A DNA stretch of 64,000 nt, from contig CAIXBR010000025.1 in NCBI GenBank assembly GCA_903917735.1, forward strand, positions 9,761-73,760, written 5' to 3'. Source of the stretch: an uncultured Elusimicrobia bacterium (GTDB taxonomy: Bacteria; Elusimicrobiota; Elusimicrobia; Elusimicrobiales; UBA9959). The notes beneath the pieces are model-generated. The model saw only the letters and a list, made by a program, of their open reading frames with translations. It was not told the DNA's origin and did no database searches. Each line of letters opens with the position of its first letter. The first letter of the stretch is position 1. Made by a program: the position numbers and the translations under genes. Positions 51,901 through 59,736 of the stretch are shown piece after piece.

Positions 51901-52877
51901 ATACCCTGGTCAAATGGGGGACTGGCGGCAGCAATATAATCAATAGCCTGATAACGGATGACGGGACGAACGTCAATATGAACGGCCATGCGGTGATAAA
52001 CGTCTCTTACCCTTCGGCGAACACAGATGCCGCCACAAAGGTCTATGTCGACGACGCGACGGGCAGCGGCAGCTCCAGCCGTGGCTGGAACAAGAACGGC
52101 AATTCACTTTCCGGAGGGGAGTGGTTGGGAAGCAACGACGGCATAAACCTTGTATTTAAAACCAACAGTACAACCGCTATGACCATAACCACAGGCCAGT
52201 ATATACAGCTGACCCACCCGCTGGAGGTAGCTTACGGCGGAACGGGCAACACCACCGGCAATGCGGCGACAGTAACCACGAACGCCAATCTTAACGGCGT
52301 AGTGACGAGCGTAGGCAACACGACCTCTATCGGCATTGGCGCCATAACCAATGCCATGCTGGCCAATACTGCGGTCGCTAACCTGTCCAACACGAACACC
52401 GGTGACGAAACAGCCGCCACCATAAGGACAAAGATAGGCGCGGCGGCGGCTGGTAATGATGGTTATCTGTCGCAGGGAAACTGGACCACTTTCAACAATA
52501 AGCAGCCGGCCGGCAACTATATTACAGGTCTGACTGGAGACGTCACCGCTGCCGGCCCCGGTTCAGTGGGTGCTACTATAGCTAATGGAGCCGTGACCCT
52601 CGCCAAAATGGCTAGTATGGCTACAGCTTCGTTCATCGGGCGTAATTCGGGAGGGGCCGGTGCTCCGGAAGTCTTAGCCGCCGCCACGGTAAAAACCATG
52701 CTTAACCTGTCCGGCACCAACTCCGGCGACCAGACCGATATAACGGGCAACGCGGGCACCGCCACAAAGCCTCAAGTTTCCGGAACAGCGACACACGCCG
52801 TATGCTGGAAAGCCGACGGCTCTTTAGGGTCCTGCTCGACAGTGGTCAGCGGAACCGGAACGTGTACCTGCAGTTAA
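48903..52877 (+). CDS. Giant (1324 aa) secreted phage-tail-fibre-like repeat protein
   Basis: Signal peptide MKKLILAAAVALCLPLGA. Seven copies of an N-V/L-G-I/V/M-G-T...L-x-V-x-G unit. GGTG/GGS knuckle motifs (VNRGGTGSATL, LSRGGSNADL, VAYGGTGNTTG). A tail-fibre-like INVSYPSANTDAATKVYVDDA element. The tail is Gly/Thr/Asn/Ala-rich and ends in a Cys motif. AAGG lies 9 nt upstream of the ATG. Confidence 0.85.
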   Translation: MKKLILAAAVALCLPLGAFPGDISIGAVPGSINYQGRLERDNAPITGIIHLHFRIYNSATGSGAGACGGINQPCLWMSNEIPVDAAQGVFSATLTPPITVFSSSQQLYLEVQVESDVLAPREPLNSVAYALVAKRLEDGSSVSLSSLTAAYQVFLATTSGNNVGIGTISPAYKLTVNGSIKMMGVTDKIYFQDGTSMGTAGVGDAVGGVTSPGGSTIESGTGGSGMMSFKTSQVERMRIADSSMDGRVGIGTAAITSPMGTLDVDGALYVGNEGIYDRDDSELNIKQDLVVEGGKIRGTGNNYLSMGETADTLVAATGNTPRLWLDSSGNLGVGAAAAAGERVHSNGNLRADKGVRGDAVSIGSYSGWATAPNEVRSQDGSDLLLQQSNQSFNVGIGTAAPREKLHVHGTVRADYGIAAATATFSGDVRMTGDLTVNGNNHQVYLTSTTIYGSLQVNGEMNSPIFGSPAYKSSTQTFTGLNTFLHQVVVSSDILTLNRIGAGVSDFDFPDTKYLQVGDSKTEFAHDNAIAYLVGGSAANAKLDFYRGGTEAARFETQNGANLALVVNGQTKTLTDATYHRIQNSVVWISTGYASTPSIFVSSWMGNVGMGTSVMDPNWRLTVNGNIRISGTGSGLIFPDGTSLLTGNLSATTVGGVSSNGNAVVQSDADLSGTGSVVLRAGSVDGLTVNSGGNVGIGTLDPISKLNIRGGDLVLGTPVTYPENGIEDLIVAGDIVFDGALVQRSVSMVNLSNLLVAGNVYLSTAPGAMTGIGNTSPGHSLDVTGDINASGSVFTGGTARISNTGIIGSGGTNTTWDGATINVNRGGTGSATLTAGAILYGNGTSAIGMLPVLPSGQLLIGNGAGAPTEAGLTGTLKQITVTPAAGSITLSLPQNIDATATPVFAGITVGSLTGVIKGAAGVFSTMNGTANYSTYWSDANTIAAEQYTALSRGGSNADLSSVATGSIIYKAASALAATGSLTGMLRGNGTAAPDAMTGTANTLVKWGTGGSNIINSLITDDGTNVNMNGHAVINVSYPSANTDAATKVYVDDATGSGSSSRGWNKNGNSLSGGEWLGSNDGINLVFKTNSTTAMTITTGQYIQLTHPLEVAYGGTGNTTGNAATVTTNANLNGVVTSVGNTTSIGIGAITNAMLANTAVANLSNTNTGDETAATIRTKIGAAAAGNDGYLSQGNWTTFNNKQPAGNYITGLTGDVTAAGPGSVGATIANGAVTLAKMASMATASFIGRNSGGAGAPEVLAAATVKTMLNLSGTNSGDQTDITGNAGTATKPQVSGTATHAVCWKADGSLGSCSTVVSGTGTCTCS

Positions 52878-54151
52878 TTTTTGGGAAACGAACCGCGTAT
52901 AGCGGCCTTTGTTCTTTCAGTGGCGCCGCGCAGGGAGGAGAGGACCTTTAAGGCGTTCTCCTGCGCGGTTTTAAGGGCGGCGGAGTCGGTGAGCAATAAA
53001 TTCAGAGCCTCGGCCATTTGAGGGGCGGTTTCCGCAAGGAAGCCGCCTTTTTCTTTCAGCAGCACGTCCCCGGCGTGACGGGCGTTGCGGTAATTGGGGC
53101 CGAACAGTGCGGGTTTGGCGAACAGGGCTGGTTCCAGCAGATTGTGCCCGCCGGTGTCGTCCAGCGTACCGCCCACAAAACAGACAGTGGAAACGGCGTA
53201 GAAGGCCTGCAGCAGCCCCATGGCGTCCACCAGTAGGCAGTCGGCGGCGGGTGCCGCGCCGGCGCCGGACCAGCGCGTGAACGGGACTTTCCGCTCGTTT
53301 AGAATATTTTCAGTTTCGGCTATACGCTCAAGGTGGCGCGGCACTATGGCCAGTTTAAGCGCGGGGGTCTTCTTTCTAGCTTCCAGCCAGGCGTCGATGA
53401 GAACCGGTTCCTCCGGCGGATGCGAGCTGCCGGCCGTAAAGACCGGCGCGCCCCGCCAGCCTGCGGCGGCTATAAATTCTTTAACCTTATCCTGGCCGGC
53501 GGCCGACGCGCCCAACATATCGTGCTTGAGGTTCCCTGTCACTGAAACCTTATCTTCAAGGCCGGGCAGCAGTCGGAACCTGGCGGCGTCCTCCTCCGTC
53601 TGGGCCAGCACCTGCTTTATCCCGGAGAAAGCCAACCGCGAGAGAGGGCTTATAGTCCGGTACAGGGCTGCGGTACTTGGGGAAATCCTGGCGTTCACCA
53701 TGAATACCGGCACCCCATAGCTGGCGGCGGCATAAAGAGTGGCCGGCCAGATCTCGGTTTCCACCAGCAGCAGGGCCAACGGCCGGTTCTTAGCTATGAA
53801 ATTTGCGGCCAGGGGATAAAAGTCCAGCGGGGCCATCAGCCCCCGGACGCCCAGGCGCGCGGCTTCGGCGCGTCCGGCCGAGGTGGAAGAGGTTATTAAC
53901 AGCGGCGCTTTGAAAGCGGCGGCAAGTTCAGGGGCTAGCTTCGCTATGGCTTTTACTTCGCCCATGGAGGCGGCGTGTATCCATAGGGGGCGGGGGCCCG
54001 GAGCGCCGGCACCTAAAGCCAGGCGCTCCTTAAGTTCTCCGCCCAGGCCTTTCATAAGGGCGCGGCGGGGGGAAAGCAGGAAGAACACGGCATAAAGCCC
54101 CGCTATGACAGGCGCCAGCAGGCTGTAAATAAATAAAAGGATATATCCCAT
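52874..54151 (-). CDS. waaA: 3-deoxy-D-manno-octulosonic acid (KDO) transferase
   Basis: N-terminal TM, PLWIHAASMGEVKAIAKLAPEL, and the C-terminal GT-B motif FVGGTLDDTGGHNLLEPA. 425 aa. Confidence 0.9.
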   Translation of the reverse strand: MGYILLFIYSLLAPVIAGLYAVFFLLSPRRALMKGLGGELKERLALGAGAPGPRPLWIHAASMGEVKAIAKLAPELAAAFKAPLLITSSTSAGRAEAARLGVRGLMAPLDFYPLAANFIAKNRPLALLLVETEIWPATLYAAASYGVPVFMVNARISPSTAALYRTISPLSRLAFSGIKQVLAQTEEDAARFRLLPGLEDKVSVTGNLKHDMLGASAAGQDKVKEFIAAAGWRGAPVFTAGSSHPPEEPVLIDAWLEARKKTPALKLAIVPRHLERIAETENILNERKVPFTRWSGAGAAPAADCLLVDAMGLLQAFYAVSTVCFVGGTLDDTGGHNLLEPALFAKPALFGPNYRNARHAGDVLLKEKGGFLAETAPQMAEALNLLLTDSAALKTAQENALKVLSSLRGATERTKAAIRGSFPKN

Positions 54152-54195
54152 GTATAAAGGGTTTTCCGCGCCTCTGCGGTGAATCTTTGAATTCG

Positions 54196-54825
54196 TTATT
54201 TTTTCGCGGCGGCGCTCTTCTTTTTTTTCTTCGAGAGCCAGGGCAGGGCGAATACGGCGGAGTATTTGGGGGAGAAAGCGCCTGTGTCGAAAGAGACGCC
54301 TATCTTAGAGGCTTCCAGGCGCTCAAAAAGGGCCTTGATCAGTTCGTTCTCGTAAAGCGGAACGGCGGTGGCTTCCTGCGGGGGCAGGTCCGGCTCGGGG
54401 CAGGCGGCTATATAGATGGCGGGGCCCAGTTCGAAGCCCTCGGGTTCCGCTTCCCTTATGACCAGGTCCGCAGTAACCCCGACGGCCGTCTGCATGAAAA
54501 CCTGGGCCGCTATCCGGCCCAGACGCTTACGCGTGTCGTCCGCGGGGTTCGCCAGTTTCTCTTCGAAACTTTTGCCAAGGGTAAGTATGCCGGCGGTCAG
54601 CGGTTGCCGCGACGCGCCGTTTATCCGGCCCGCTATCTCGTCTTCCGGCGGGAGATATTCGAACACTACGGCGGCCTCGAGGGCGGCGGCAAGGCCGGCG
54701 GCGTGCTCACGCACCGCTTTTTCATCAGCGAGGCCCGCCGCCTCAAGGTCCAGCTTGTGCTTGCGCGCCTTGCGCAGCACCTCGTAGGAGTAGACCGGTA
54801 TTTTGAACTTCTTTATCTTTCGCAT
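54196..54825 (-). CDS. Hypothetical protein (209 aa, poly-Lys C-terminus)
   Basis: Long ORF co-directional with secF/waaA and no TM. It may be distantly related to stand-alone methionine-synthase-activation-domain-like proteins, but I cannot support that from sequence alone. Confidence 0.45.
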   Translation of the reverse strand: MRKIKKFKIPVYSYEVLRKARKHKLDLEAAGLADEKAVREHAAGLAAALEAAVVFEYLPPEDEIAGRINGASRQPLTAGILTLGKSFEEKLANPADDTRKRLGRIAAQVFMQTAVGVTADLVIREAEPEGFELGPAIYIAACPEPDLPPQEATAVPLYENELIKALFERLEASKIGVSFDTGAFSPKYSAVFALPWLSKKKKKSAAAKK

Positions 54826-54857
54826 CTGTTGCCGCCGTCAGCCGCCGAGGCTCTGGA

Positions 54858-55748
54858 TTATTTCCTGCCCTTGCGCTCCCACTGGTACACCATCGGGGTG
54901 CAGAGAGCTATGGTGGAGTACACGCCCGTAACCGTGCCTATCAACATGCAGAAGGCGAAGTTATTTATAGAGCTGCCGCCGAAGAGATACAGCACCAGCA
55001 CGGTTACGAAGACCGTGAAAGTGGTTATTATCGTCCTGGACAGGCACTCGTTCACGCTAAGGTTGATCAGCTCTCCCAAAGGCATCTTGGGGAACAACTT
55101 GATGTTCTCGCGCATGCGGTCGAAGATGACGATGGTGTCGTTGATGGAGTAGCCGGCTATCGTCAGGAAGGCCGCCACTATGACCAGGTCCACCTCGCGG
55201 TTGGTGAGCGACATCGCCGTCAGCGCGACGAAAACGTCGTGCAGCAGGCCTATGACGCCCGCGGTGCCCCAGACCGGGTTAGAGAACCGGAAGGCCACGT
55301 AGACAATGATGCCGAACATCGACAGTATCATCGCGAACAGGGCTTTCTTGGCTAGGTCGCGGCCCACCACGGGGCCCACGTAGTCGCGTTTTTCTTCGGT
55401 GAACGAGGCTCCCTGCATGGTCTTGAGGGCCGCTATTATCTGGTTGGCTTTCTCGTTAACATTCTCCTGCGTGCCCTTAACTTTTATTGCGTAGGAGTTC
55501 TCGGTGGCGAAGCTCTGTATGCTGGCGTCCACCTTACCCGCGTCCATGGCGGCCCTGAGGGCCGCAATCTCCACGGGCTTGTCGAACTTGACCTGTATCA
55601 GCGTGCCGCCGGTGAAGTCCAGGCCCATGTTCAGCCCTTTTATGGAAAGGGAGAGGATCCCGGTCAGGACGATAACCCCGGATATAGCGAAGAATATATG
55701 GCGGAGTTTTATGAAGTTGATGTCGGTTTTATGGAGTATCCTTATCAT
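54858..55748 (-). CDS. secF: Protein translocase subunit SecF
   Basis: LDFTGGTLIQVKF, a 6-TM pattern, and GYSINDTIVIFDRMREN. 4-nt overlap with secD. Confidence 0.92.
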   Translation of the reverse strand: MIRILHKTDINFIKLRHIFFAISGVIVLTGILSLSIKGLNMGLDFTGGTLIQVKFDKPVEIAALRAAMDAGKVDASIQSFATENSYAIKVKGTQENVNEKANQIIAALKTMQGASFTEEKRDYVGPVVGRDLAKKALFAMILSMFGIIVYVAFRFSNPVWGTAGVIGLLHDVFVALTAMSLTNREVDLVIVAAFLTIAGYSINDTIVIFDRMRENIKLFPKMPLGELINLSVNECLSRTIITTFTVFVTVLVLYLFGGSSINNFAFCMLIGTVTGVYSTIALCTPMVYQWERKGRK

Positions 55749-57178
55749 ATGCTGAGCTCCTTGGGGTTGGATGTGAGCCAGAATTCATATATCGCCCTGG
55801 TCACGAATACCGAGGTGAACATACCTATCAGCAGACCGATGGTCAGCGTAACGGCGAAGCCCTTGACCGGGCCGGAGCCGAACTGGAACAGGAAGATGGC
55901 CGCTATCCAGGTGGTAACGTTCGAGTCCAGGATGGCACTCCAGGCCTTGTCGTAGCCGGTGGGGATGATCATCGCCACGGGCTTGGACAGGGCCATTTCC
56001 TCGCGCATACGCTCAAGTATCAGCACGTTCGCGTCTATGGCCATGGCCAGCGACAAGATCATGCCGGCTATGCCGGGCAGCGTCAGCGTGGCGTTGAAGT
56101 AGCCCATCGCGGCTATAAGGAACACGAAGTTGAGGAACAGCGCCACGTCGGCTATAAGACCGCCGCCCTTGTAATAGACGGCCATGAAGAGCACTACCAG
56201 CAGGAACCCCGCCAGCGAGGCCATCAGGCCTTTCTTTATGGAGTCTTCGCCGAGGCCGGGGCCCACTACGCGTTTCTCGATTATGTTGACCGGCGCGGGC
56301 AGGGAGCCGGCGCGCAGGATTATGGCCAGGTCCCGGGCTTCTTCCATGGAGAAAGAACCTTCGATAACCCCGGAGCCGCCGCCGATGCGGCTCTTTATCA
56401 CGGGGGCCGAGTGCACAACGCCGTCGAGCACTATAGCCAGGTACTTGCCCACATTGGCGCCGGTGAACTCCTCAAAGCGCCTGCCGCCTTCCTTGTTGAA
56501 AGTGAAGCCTATGCTGGGCGTGCCGAACTGGCGGTCCGTCTCCACGCGGGCGTTCTCAAGGTAAGCGCCGGTCACCGGGACAGTGTCGTCGAGCACGTAG
56601 TAGCGGGTCCGGTCATTGTCTTGGCCGGCAGTGGCCTTTGCAAGCACCGTGCCCTTGGGAAGCAGCTTTGCTATTTCGGGGATAGGCGTGCCGTCCTTGT
56701 TCAGGGGGGAAGCGTCCATCGACTCGGCTTTGGAAACCACGGCCTGGGCCTCGGTAGAGTTGTTGACCAGGCGGAACTCCAGCAGCGCCGTCTTGCCGAT
56801 CAGGTTCTCGGCCTCTTCGGTGTTGGAAATGCCGGGCAGGTCCACCGCTATCCAGCGCTCGCCCTGGCGGGAGATGGGGGTTTCGCCCACGCCGTACTGG
56901 TCGATGCGGTTGCGGATGATCTCTATGGCGCGGGTCACCGCGTCGTAAACTTTCTCTTTCTTCTCGAGCTTCGCCACGTCCAGTTCGAGCAGGAGGTGGG
57001 TGCCGCCCCGGAGGTCCAGACCCAGGTTAAGAATGCCCTTCGGGCGCAGGCGCACGGCTTCAAGCTTGGCGCGTTCGTCCGGGGTCTTCGTGTACCAATC
57101 GACGGTGGGGTACAGCAGCCAGACCGAGAGGATCAGGAGGCCCAGAATAGAGCCTATCTTCCAATGTAATTTATTCAT
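55745..57178 (-). CDS. secD: Protein translocase subunit SecD
   Basis: LNLGLDLRGGTHLLLE, a periplasmic P1 domain, and the C-terminal TM bundle with AIDANVLILERMREE. Confidence 0.92.
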   Translation of the reverse strand: MNKLHWKIGSILGLLILSVWLLYPTVDWYTKTPDERAKLEAVRLRPKGILNLGLDLRGGTHLLLELDVAKLEKKEKVYDAVTRAIEIIRNRIDQYGVGETPISRQGERWIAVDLPGISNTEEAENLIGKTALLEFRLVNNSTEAQAVVSKAESMDASPLNKDGTPIPEIAKLLPKGTVLAKATAGQDNDRTRYYVLDDTVPVTGAYLENARVETDRQFGTPSIGFTFNKEGGRRFEEFTGANVGKYLAIVLDGVVHSAPVIKSRIGGGSGVIEGSFSMEEARDLAIILRAGSLPAPVNIIEKRVVGPGLGEDSIKKGLMASLAGFLLVVLFMAVYYKGGGLIADVALFLNFVFLIAAMGYFNATLTLPGIAGMILSLAMAIDANVLILERMREEMALSKPVAMIIPTGYDKAWSAILDSNVTTWIAAIFLFQFGSGPVKGFAVTLTIGLLIGMFTSVFVTRAIYEFWLTSNPKELSI

Positions 57179-57202
57179 TTTCCCTATCGCTCCTTAATTA
57201 AG

Positions 57203-57475
57203 TTACTTGCCCTGGGGGACAACGGCCCCGACAGCGCTGCGCGTGAAAACCGCTTTAACGCCCTTGGCTATTTCAAGCTCCACTTCGTCGTCTTTGGCCG
57301 TGGTGATGACGCCTATCATTCCCCCGCGGGTCACTACCTTGTCTCCGGGCTTGAGAGCGTCAAGCATCTGTTTGGTTTCTTTCAGCTGTTTCTGCTGGGG
57401 GCGTATAAGCAGGAAATAGAAGATAACGGCTACCGCCGCGAAAGGGACGAGCTGCATAAGTGCGTTCTGGTTCAT
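57203..57475 (-). CDS. yajC: Preprotein translocase subunit YajC
   Basis: 90 aa. Single TM, then IRPQQKQLKETKQMLDALKPGDKVVTRGGMIGVI, the canonical YajC motif. Confidence 0.88.
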   Translation of the reverse strand: MNQNALMQLVPFAAVAVIFYFLLIRPQQKQLKETKQMLDALKPGDKVVTRGGMIGVITTAKDDEVELEIAKGVKAVFTRSAVGAVVPQGK

Positions 57476-57539
57476 TGTTCCTCCGTCGTATACTTATTGA
57501 AATCTTATTATAGCAAATAGTGCCTGATTTTCTCAGCCC

Positions 57540-58679
57540 TCATGCCTCGGGCTTCATATACGAGTCCATGAAGTCTTTCTTCGCCTGCCGGAACGTCCCG
57601 GAAGCTATGGCCAGGCGCATCATCTTCGTCTGGTTTATAAGGAAACGCAGGTTATGTATAGAGATCAGCTGGCTGACCAGCAGTTCCTTGGCCTTGTAGA
57701 GGTGCGACAGGTAGCCGCGGGAATAATTCCGGCAGCAGATGCAGTCGCAGTCCGGGTCAAGCGGGGAGTCGTCGTTCTTGAACGGCGCGTTCTTTACGTA
57801 GAGCTTGCCCTGCGAGGTGAGCGCCTGCCCGTTGCGCGCGTTCCTGGTGGGCAGCACGCAGTCGAACATGTCGACCCCGAGCTCCACCGAATTCCAAATG
57901 TCCTCCGGGGTGCCCAGCCCCATGAAGTACACGGGCTTGCCCTTCGGAAGGTTCTCCATGACGGCGGAGAGCGAATCCATCATCTGCGCCTTGCTCTCGC
58001 CCACGCAGAGCCCGCCCACGGCGAAACCGTCCGGGTTCAGCTCCGCCATGTGTTTGGCGGCTTCGGCCCGCAGGTCGGTGTAGATGGAACCCTGTATTAT
58101 ACCGAACAGCAGCGGCCGACGGCCGGGTTCCATGTGGCGAGTTTTCTCGGTGAAGTGCGCTTTGGCCCGCTCCGCCCAGTGCTTGGTTTTCTTAAGCGCG
58201 TCCATGGCGTCGGCGCGGGAGGCCGGGTTCTTAACGCAGACGTCCAGGCAGGTCCAGATGGAGGAGCCGATAGAGGCCTGGTAGTCTATAACCTTCTCCG
58301 GGGTGAAGAAATGCGGGCTGCCGTCGATATGCGAGGCGAAATGCACGCCGTTCTCGGTTATTTTGCGGAGGCGGCTGAGGCTGTACACCTGGAAGCCGCC
58401 GGAGTCGGTAAGCACCGGGCCGGGGTGGTTCATGAAGCCGTTGAGGCCGCCGAATTTTTCCAGCGTGGGCAGGCCCGGGCGTAGGTAAAGGTGGTAGGTG
58501 TTGGAGAGCAGGCATTCGGCCCCAATCTCAGCCAGGTCCCGCTGGGAGACGGCCTTTACGGTGCCTTGAGTGGCCACCGGCATGAAGACGGGAGTGTGCA
58601 CCAGCCCGCGGTTCGTCTTTACCACGGCGGCCCTCGCCGCGGTATCGGCGTCTTTATGAAGAATTTCAAAATGAGGCAT
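57540..58679 (-). CDS. tgt: Queuine tRNA-ribosyltransferase
   Basis: TNRGLVHTPVFMPVATQGTVK, LTDSGGFQV, GFAVGGL, and the zinc motif CDCICCRNYSRGYLSHL. Confidence 0.95.
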   Translation of the reverse strand: MPHFEILHKDADTAARAAVVKTNRGLVHTPVFMPVATQGTVKAVSQRDLAEIGAECLLSNTYHLYLRPGLPTLEKFGGLNGFMNHPGPVLTDSGGFQVYSLSRLRKITENGVHFASHIDGSPHFFTPEKVIDYQASIGSSIWTCLDVCVKNPASRADAMDALKKTKHWAERAKAHFTEKTRHMEPGRRPLLFGIIQGSIYTDLRAEAAKHMAELNPDGFAVGGLCVGESKAQMMDSLSAVMENLPKGKPVYFMGLGTPEDIWNSVELGVDMFDCVLPTRNARNGQALTSQGKLYVKNAPFKNDDSPLDPDCDCICCRNYSRGYLSHLYKAKELLVSQLISIHNLRFLINQTKMMRLAIASGTFRQAKKDFMDSYMKPEA

Positions 58680-58689
58680 AGTTTTCCTT

Positions 58690-59736
58690 TTATAGTATCA
58701 GCATCGAGTCGCCGTAGGAATAGAACCGGTACTTCTCCTTCACGGCTTCGGCATAGGCCTTAAAAAGCAATTCACGCCCGGCAAAAGCCGCGGTCATATA
58801 CAGCGGGGCGGACTCGGGCACATGCAGATTGGTTATAAACGCTCCGGCGGTTTTAAAGCGGTAGCCCGGGCGGATGAAAAGCCCGGCCTTCCCGCTCCCC
58901 GGCCGCACCAGGCCGCTTTCGTCCGAAAAAGTTTCAAGCGTGCGCATGGAGGAAGTTCCTACCGCCACCAGCCTGCCGCCGGCCGCGCGGTGGCGGTTTA
59001 TGGCCTCCGCCGCTTCGGAGGAAACCGCGCATTCTTCCTCCATCATCACGTGCGCGCCCGGGTCTTCCGACCTGACAGGCCGGAAAGTGCCCCACCCTAT
59101 GTGAAGCGTAACGAATACGGCCTTCACTCCGCCCGCCTCAAGCCTGGCGAACAGTTCAGGGGTAAAATGGAAGCCGGCTGTGGGCGCGGCTATGGAGCCG
59201 GCCTCCGCCGCGTAGACGGTCTGATATTTGTCCTCGTCCGGGGGAGCCGCCGTACCGCGCCGCTTGCGGGCATTAAGGATATACTGAGGCAGAGGCACTG
59301 CGCCGTTCGCGGCCAGGTAGGCCTCATCCACGGGCGCGGAGAACCTGAAAGTGTAGCTGCCGTCGGGGTTGCGCGCCTGGCACTGCGCCTTTACGCCTCC
59401 GGGGCAGGTAAGCTCCTGGCCGTCCCGTACCTTGCGGCACAGGGCGGTCCAGGTAAAGCTATCTCCGGAGACCGGCCCCATCAGAAGGATCTCGGACCTG
59501 CCTCCGCCGGGCTTTTTCGCCTCAAGGCGGGCTTTCCAGACGCGGCTGCGGTTAAGCACCAGCAGGTCGCGCGGACCCAGGAATTCCGGCAGGTCCCGGA
59601 AATGCCTGTGAGAAAGGGAGCACCCGGCGCGGTCCACGGCCAGCAACCGCGAGAGGTCGCGCGGCTCGGCGGGCCGGTCCGCTATCAGCGGGTCTATTTC
59701 AAGCGAGGAGAATTCTTTCAGAGCGTCTTCAGTCAT
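58690..59736 (-). CDS. queA: S-adenosylmethionine:tRNA ribosyltransferase-isomerase
   Basis: PAEPRDLSRLL, GSIAAPTAGFHFT, VTLHIGWGTFRPV and VAVGTSSMRTLE are QueA hallmarks. Confidence 0.93.
   Translation of the reverse strand: MTEDALKEFSSLEIDPLIADRPAEPRDLSRLLAVDRAGCSLSHRHFRDLPEFLGPRDLLVLNRSRVWKARLEAKKPGGGRSEILLMGPVSGDSFTWTALCRKVRDGQELTCPGGVKAQCQARNPDGSYTFRFSAPVDEAYLAANGAVPLPQYILNARKRRGTAAPPDEDKYQTVYAAEAGSIAAPTAGFHFTPELFARLEAGGVKAVFVTLHIGWGTFRPVRSEDPGAHVMMEEECAVSSEAAEAINRHRAAGGRLVAVGTSSMRTLETFSDESGLVRPGSGKAGLFIRPGYRFKTAGAFITNLHVPESAPLYMTAAFAGRELLFKAYAEAVKEKYRFYSYGDSMLIL

Noticed and set aside
48903-52877. Prophage or tailocin interpretation of the tail-fibre-like gene
   Set aside because: No capsid, portal, terminase, tape-measure, baseplate, sheath, holin/lysin or integrase genes occur within the window. 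The flanks are LPS core genes. It is kept as an orphan fibre in the findings.
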